64,000 bases of DNA from a virus: positions 1 to 64,000 of IMG/VR virus record IMGVR_UViG_3300027804_000046; one strand, given 5' to 3'. The position numbers and the translations under genes were made by a program. Shown piece after piece: positions 61,333-64,000 of this stretch (position 1 is the stretch's first letter; the number at the start of each line of letters is the position of its first letter). The notes beneath the pieces are model-generated. The model saw only the letters and a program-made list of their open reading frames with translations. It did no database searches and had not been told where the DNA came from.

Positions 61333-61690
61333 TAACTTTCTAAAGGTTCGTGAGACCCTTTCGCGTATAGGTGTAGCCTCTAAGAAAGACAAGACCCTGT
61401 ATCAATCATGTCACATATTACATAAGCAGGGCAGATATTATATAGTACATTTTAAGCAGTTATTTTTATTAGACGGGAAGCAGTCAGACTTTACAGAGGA
61501 TGACCGCGCCCGTCTTAATACTATTGCCAACCTGCTTCATGAGTGGGAATTGGTCAATCTGGTAAGTGAGCAAAAGAGTGCTGAACCTGTATCTCCACTA
61601 TCTCAGATTAAGATTATTTCACACAAAGAAAAGAATGATTGGAATCTCGTTGCTAAATACAATATAGGCAAGAAGCGCAAGGAAGAATAA
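61286..61690 (+). CDS. regA: Translational repressor RegA
   Basis: FLKVRETLSRIGVAS, LYQSCHILHKQGRYYIVHFK and W.LV.KY.IG. Confidence 0.97.
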   Translation: MLDIKELVEVTLPNPDNFLKVRETLSRIGVASKKDKTLYQSCHILHKQGRYYIVHFKQLFLLDGKQSDFTEDDRARLNTIANLLHEWELVNLVSEQKSAEPVSPLSQIKIISHKEKNDWNLVAKYNIGKKRKEE

Positions 61691-61691
61691 T

Positions 61692-63008
61692 ATGGCACAG
61701 TTCCGTAAAGATACGCACAAGTATCTACCTCAAGAGACTACAATTTTTGAAGTGATGATGCTTGCCGATCAATACGGCAATCTTGTTGGCCCTGCTAATC
61801 CGTCTGGTATGTCTGTAGACGCATTTGGTCGTTCTAGAGTTTCTATGCCATTAACCCTATTCGATTCATCTCATAGATATAGAGATAACGGACTTTGGGT
61901 GCAATCTAATAGTTCTGGTACCACAATTACATTCTCTCCTAACGAAGGTCTAATCAATCTTTCTATTGGTACAACTAGCAGCCAAGAAATTATCCGTGAG
62001 ACAACCAAAGTCTTCTCATATCAGCCAGGCAAATCATTACAGGTGATGAATACATTTGTAATGGCTAATGCTCAGTTAAATCTGACACAGCGCGTTGGTT
62101 ATTACGGATCAAACAATGGCATCTATCTGGAACAGGCTAACGGCGATATCTACTTTGTAGAAAGAACATTATCATCTGGTGTAATGACTGAGAATAGAGT
62201 TGCACAAGCAGATTGGAATATAGACACACTTCTAGGTGCAGTAGAGGGAAGTCCGTCTCAGAGAACTTTAGACTTGACTAAAGCACAAATTCTCTTTACA
62301 GATATTGAATGGCTTGGTCTTGGTTCTGTTCGTTGTGGTTTTGTGATTGACGGCCAACTCATTCACTGTCATTCTTTTCATCATGCTAATCGTATTGCAT
62401 CAACATATATGACCACAGCATCTCTGCCTCTGAGATACGAGATTAAGAACGTCGGCTCGACTGGCAACTCAAGCACATTGAAGCAAGTATGTTCCACTGT
62501 CATCTCAGAAGGCGGATATGAACTCAGAGGATTCCAACAGGCTATCGGTACAACTATAACAGCACCCAGAGACTTGCCTGTTGCTGGCACAGATTACGTT
62601 GTCGCATCAATACGATTGAAAGAGTCTAGAAAAGATGCTATAATTATTCTTACTGCACTGTCAGTAATGGGTATTGGTAATAACGGTAAGTTTTTATGGA
62701 AAGTCATTCGTAACGGAACATTATCTAATACCACGTTTACATCTGCTGGTACAGATTCGTCTGTTGAATATAATATGGTAGCAAACAATGTTGTAACTGG
62801 TGGCGTAGTAATGGCTCAAGGATATATGGCATCAGATACTCAGAGTGCCGTACCAACCGATATTCTAAAAGAAGCACTATTTAAGTTCCAGTTAGAAAGA
62901 GATGCCTTGAACGGCACAGCTGGTTATCCTTTAACTCTTACAGTTGCAGGAGCAACTGATGGCTTGGACGTTCATGGATCAATGGACTGGGAAGAAATTT
63001 CAAGATAA
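61692..63008 (+). CDS. Conserved hypothetical, probably virion-associated beta-rich protein
   Basis: DAFGR.RVS.P.TLFDS, YQPGKS, EWLG.G.VR.G and LP.RYEI; CTAAATA late-like site at about 61653. Confidence 0.6.
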   Translation: MAQFRKDTHKYLPQETTIFEVMMLADQYGNLVGPANPSGMSVDAFGRSRVSMPLTLFDSSHRYRDNGLWVQSNSSGTTITFSPNEGLINLSIGTTSSQEIIRETTKVFSYQPGKSLQVMNTFVMANAQLNLTQRVGYYGSNNGIYLEQANGDIYFVERTLSSGVMTENRVAQADWNIDTLLGAVEGSPSQRTLDLTKAQILFTDIEWLGLGSVRCGFVIDGQLIHCHSFHHANRIASTYMTTASLPLRYEIKNVGSTGNSSTLKQVCSTVISEGGYELRGFQQAIGTTITAPRDLPVAGTDYVVASIRLKESRKDAIIILTALSVMGIGNNGKFLWKVIRNGTLSNTTFTSAGTDSSVEYNMVANNVVTGGVVMAQGYMASDTQSAVPTDILKEALFKFQLERDALNGTAGYPLTLTVAGATDGLDVHGSMDWEEISR

Positions 63009-63010
63009 TT

Positions 63011-63601
63011 ATGACAATGGAGTATACTATGAAAAGATTGAACGTATATAAGACTGATCCAAATATTACATTACCTAAGTTTGCCACAAAGCAATCAGCC
63101 TGTTTTGACTTATCATTTCAGGCTGAAGGTAAGTCGCTCTATCACGGCTATAACAAGACGAATGCGCCTTTTACTCGACCACTATCGACAGGTTCAATTC
63201 GTATCATGCCAGGCGACAGAGTGTTAGTGCCAACAGGACTCATCTTTGACATTCCTGCAGGACACTCTTTACGCATTCATCCTCGTTCTGGTCTATCTTA
63301 CAAGCAGGGTCTTGTTCTAGCCAATCTAGAAGCCGTCATCGATTCAGATTACATCGAAGAAACATTTATCATTCTGACTAATCAGTCCGATGTCGACCAG
63401 ACGATTTATCACGGCGACCGTATTGCTCAGGCCGAGTTGATAAAGAGTGAAGAATATGTGTTATGGGAAATCTTTGATGCACCAACACAGAAGACAGACC
63501 GCGTGGGTGGTCTAGGTTCAACTGGTGTAGCAGTTCTCAATTCAGAAGATATCAAGACGCCAGAAAAGCGTGGTAGAGGAAGACCAAAGAAGGTAGCATA
63601 A
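63011..63601 (+). CDS. dut: Trimeric dUTPase with a C-terminal AT-hook-like tail
   Basis: ACFDL, PRSGL, VIDSDY, GDRIAQ and R.GG.GSTG; tail KRGRGRPKK. Start may be the downstream MKRLNV. Confidence 0.9.
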   Translation: MTMEYTMKRLNVYKTDPNITLPKFATKQSACFDLSFQAEGKSLYHGYNKTNAPFTRPLSTGSIRIMPGDRVLVPTGLIFDIPAGHSLRIHPRSGLSYKQGLVLANLEAVIDSDYIEETFIILTNQSDVDQTIYHGDRIAQAELIKSEEYVLWEIFDAPTQKTDRVGGLGSTGVAVLNSEDIKTPEKRGRGRPKKVA

Positions 63602-63954
63602 TGCCGGCAATAGCAAGAAAAGCAGGAAATGATGATGTAGCCAGTCCAGATGGAAATCCTGGACCACCTTGCGCTCCAGGAAAAGTGATATGTAGTACTC
63701 CGTCAACTCAAAAAACTGATGCGGGTTCATCTGATGTTTTTATTATGGGCATAGGTGTTGTAAGAGAAGGTGATGCAATGATACCACATCCTGCTCCCGT
63801 ATGTGGTTGTGCTCCTCATGCTCCTACACTTAGCACATTTTCCTCAAGAGTATACGCTAACGGAAAAAGAATTGGTAGAGTAGGCGATGCTTATGATGGA
63901 CATGTTATAAGCACAGGTGCGCCAACAGTCTCAGATGGAAGCGCACAAGCCTAA
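63601..63954 (+). CDS. PAAR-repeat spike tip protein (gp5.4-like)
   Basis: MPAIAR, GS.DVFI.G..V.R.GD...H, H.P......S.V.ANG....R.GD and G.P.V. Confidence 0.8.
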   Translation: MPAIARKAGNDDVASPDGNPGPPCAPGKVICSTPSTQKTDAGSSDVFIMGIGVVREGDAMIPHPAPVCGCAPHAPTLSTFSSRVYANGKRIGRVGDAYDGHVISTGAPTVSDGSAQA

Positions 63955-63961
63955 AAAATAC

Positions 63962-63990
63962 TTGACATTTGAATTGAAATGTGTTATATA
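63962..63990 (+). promoter_or_regulatory. Sigma70-type promoter for a gene beyond the window
   Basis: TTGACA-N17-TATATA. Confidence 0.65.
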
Positions 63991-64000
63991 TACTATCGTG

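Noticed and set aside
1-64000. tRNA/rRNA genes, alternative genetic code, and avoidance of GAATTC
   Set aside because: No cloverleaf was found in the short intergenic gaps; core genes translate full length in the standard code; GAATTC sites occur repeatedly.

Overview
This 64 kb window is part of a T4-like myophage genome. All credible genes are on the + strand. The order is: baseplate wedge genes (gp6 3' end, gp7, gp8, two VrlC/DUF4815-like virion proteins); three modular fibre proteins with Asn/Ala/His coiled-coil repeats and Pro-free Gly-X-Y collagen-like repeats, followed by two putative glycan/modification enzymes; the neck-terminase-tail-head block (gp13-gp23, gp3); uvsY, uvsW, gp55, gp47 and gp46; accessory early genes (GREB1/TAGT-like glycosyltransferase, vWA-peptidase plus MoxR/CobS ATPase); and the replication block (dNMP kinase, gp45, DsbA/GapR-like, gp44, gp62, regA, dUTPase, PAAR). 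An alphaproteobacterial host is plausible but is only an inference. The most notable candidates are: (1) an EcoRI-family endonuclease plus an adenine methyltransferase inserted by overlapping start/stop codons between gp44 and gp62; (2) proteins with T4-type capsid-targeting N-termini, including a TraB/Tiki-like metallo-hydrolase candidate between the terminase genes and an ADP-ribosyltransferase after the portal; (3) a possible virion glycosylation/modification island next to Thr/Ser-rich fibres; (4) a near-consensus antisense sigma70 promoter just upstream of the late sigma factor gp55; (5) an H-type pseudoknot in the leader of a small HTH gene. All calls come from motif recognition and synteny; no database searches were run.
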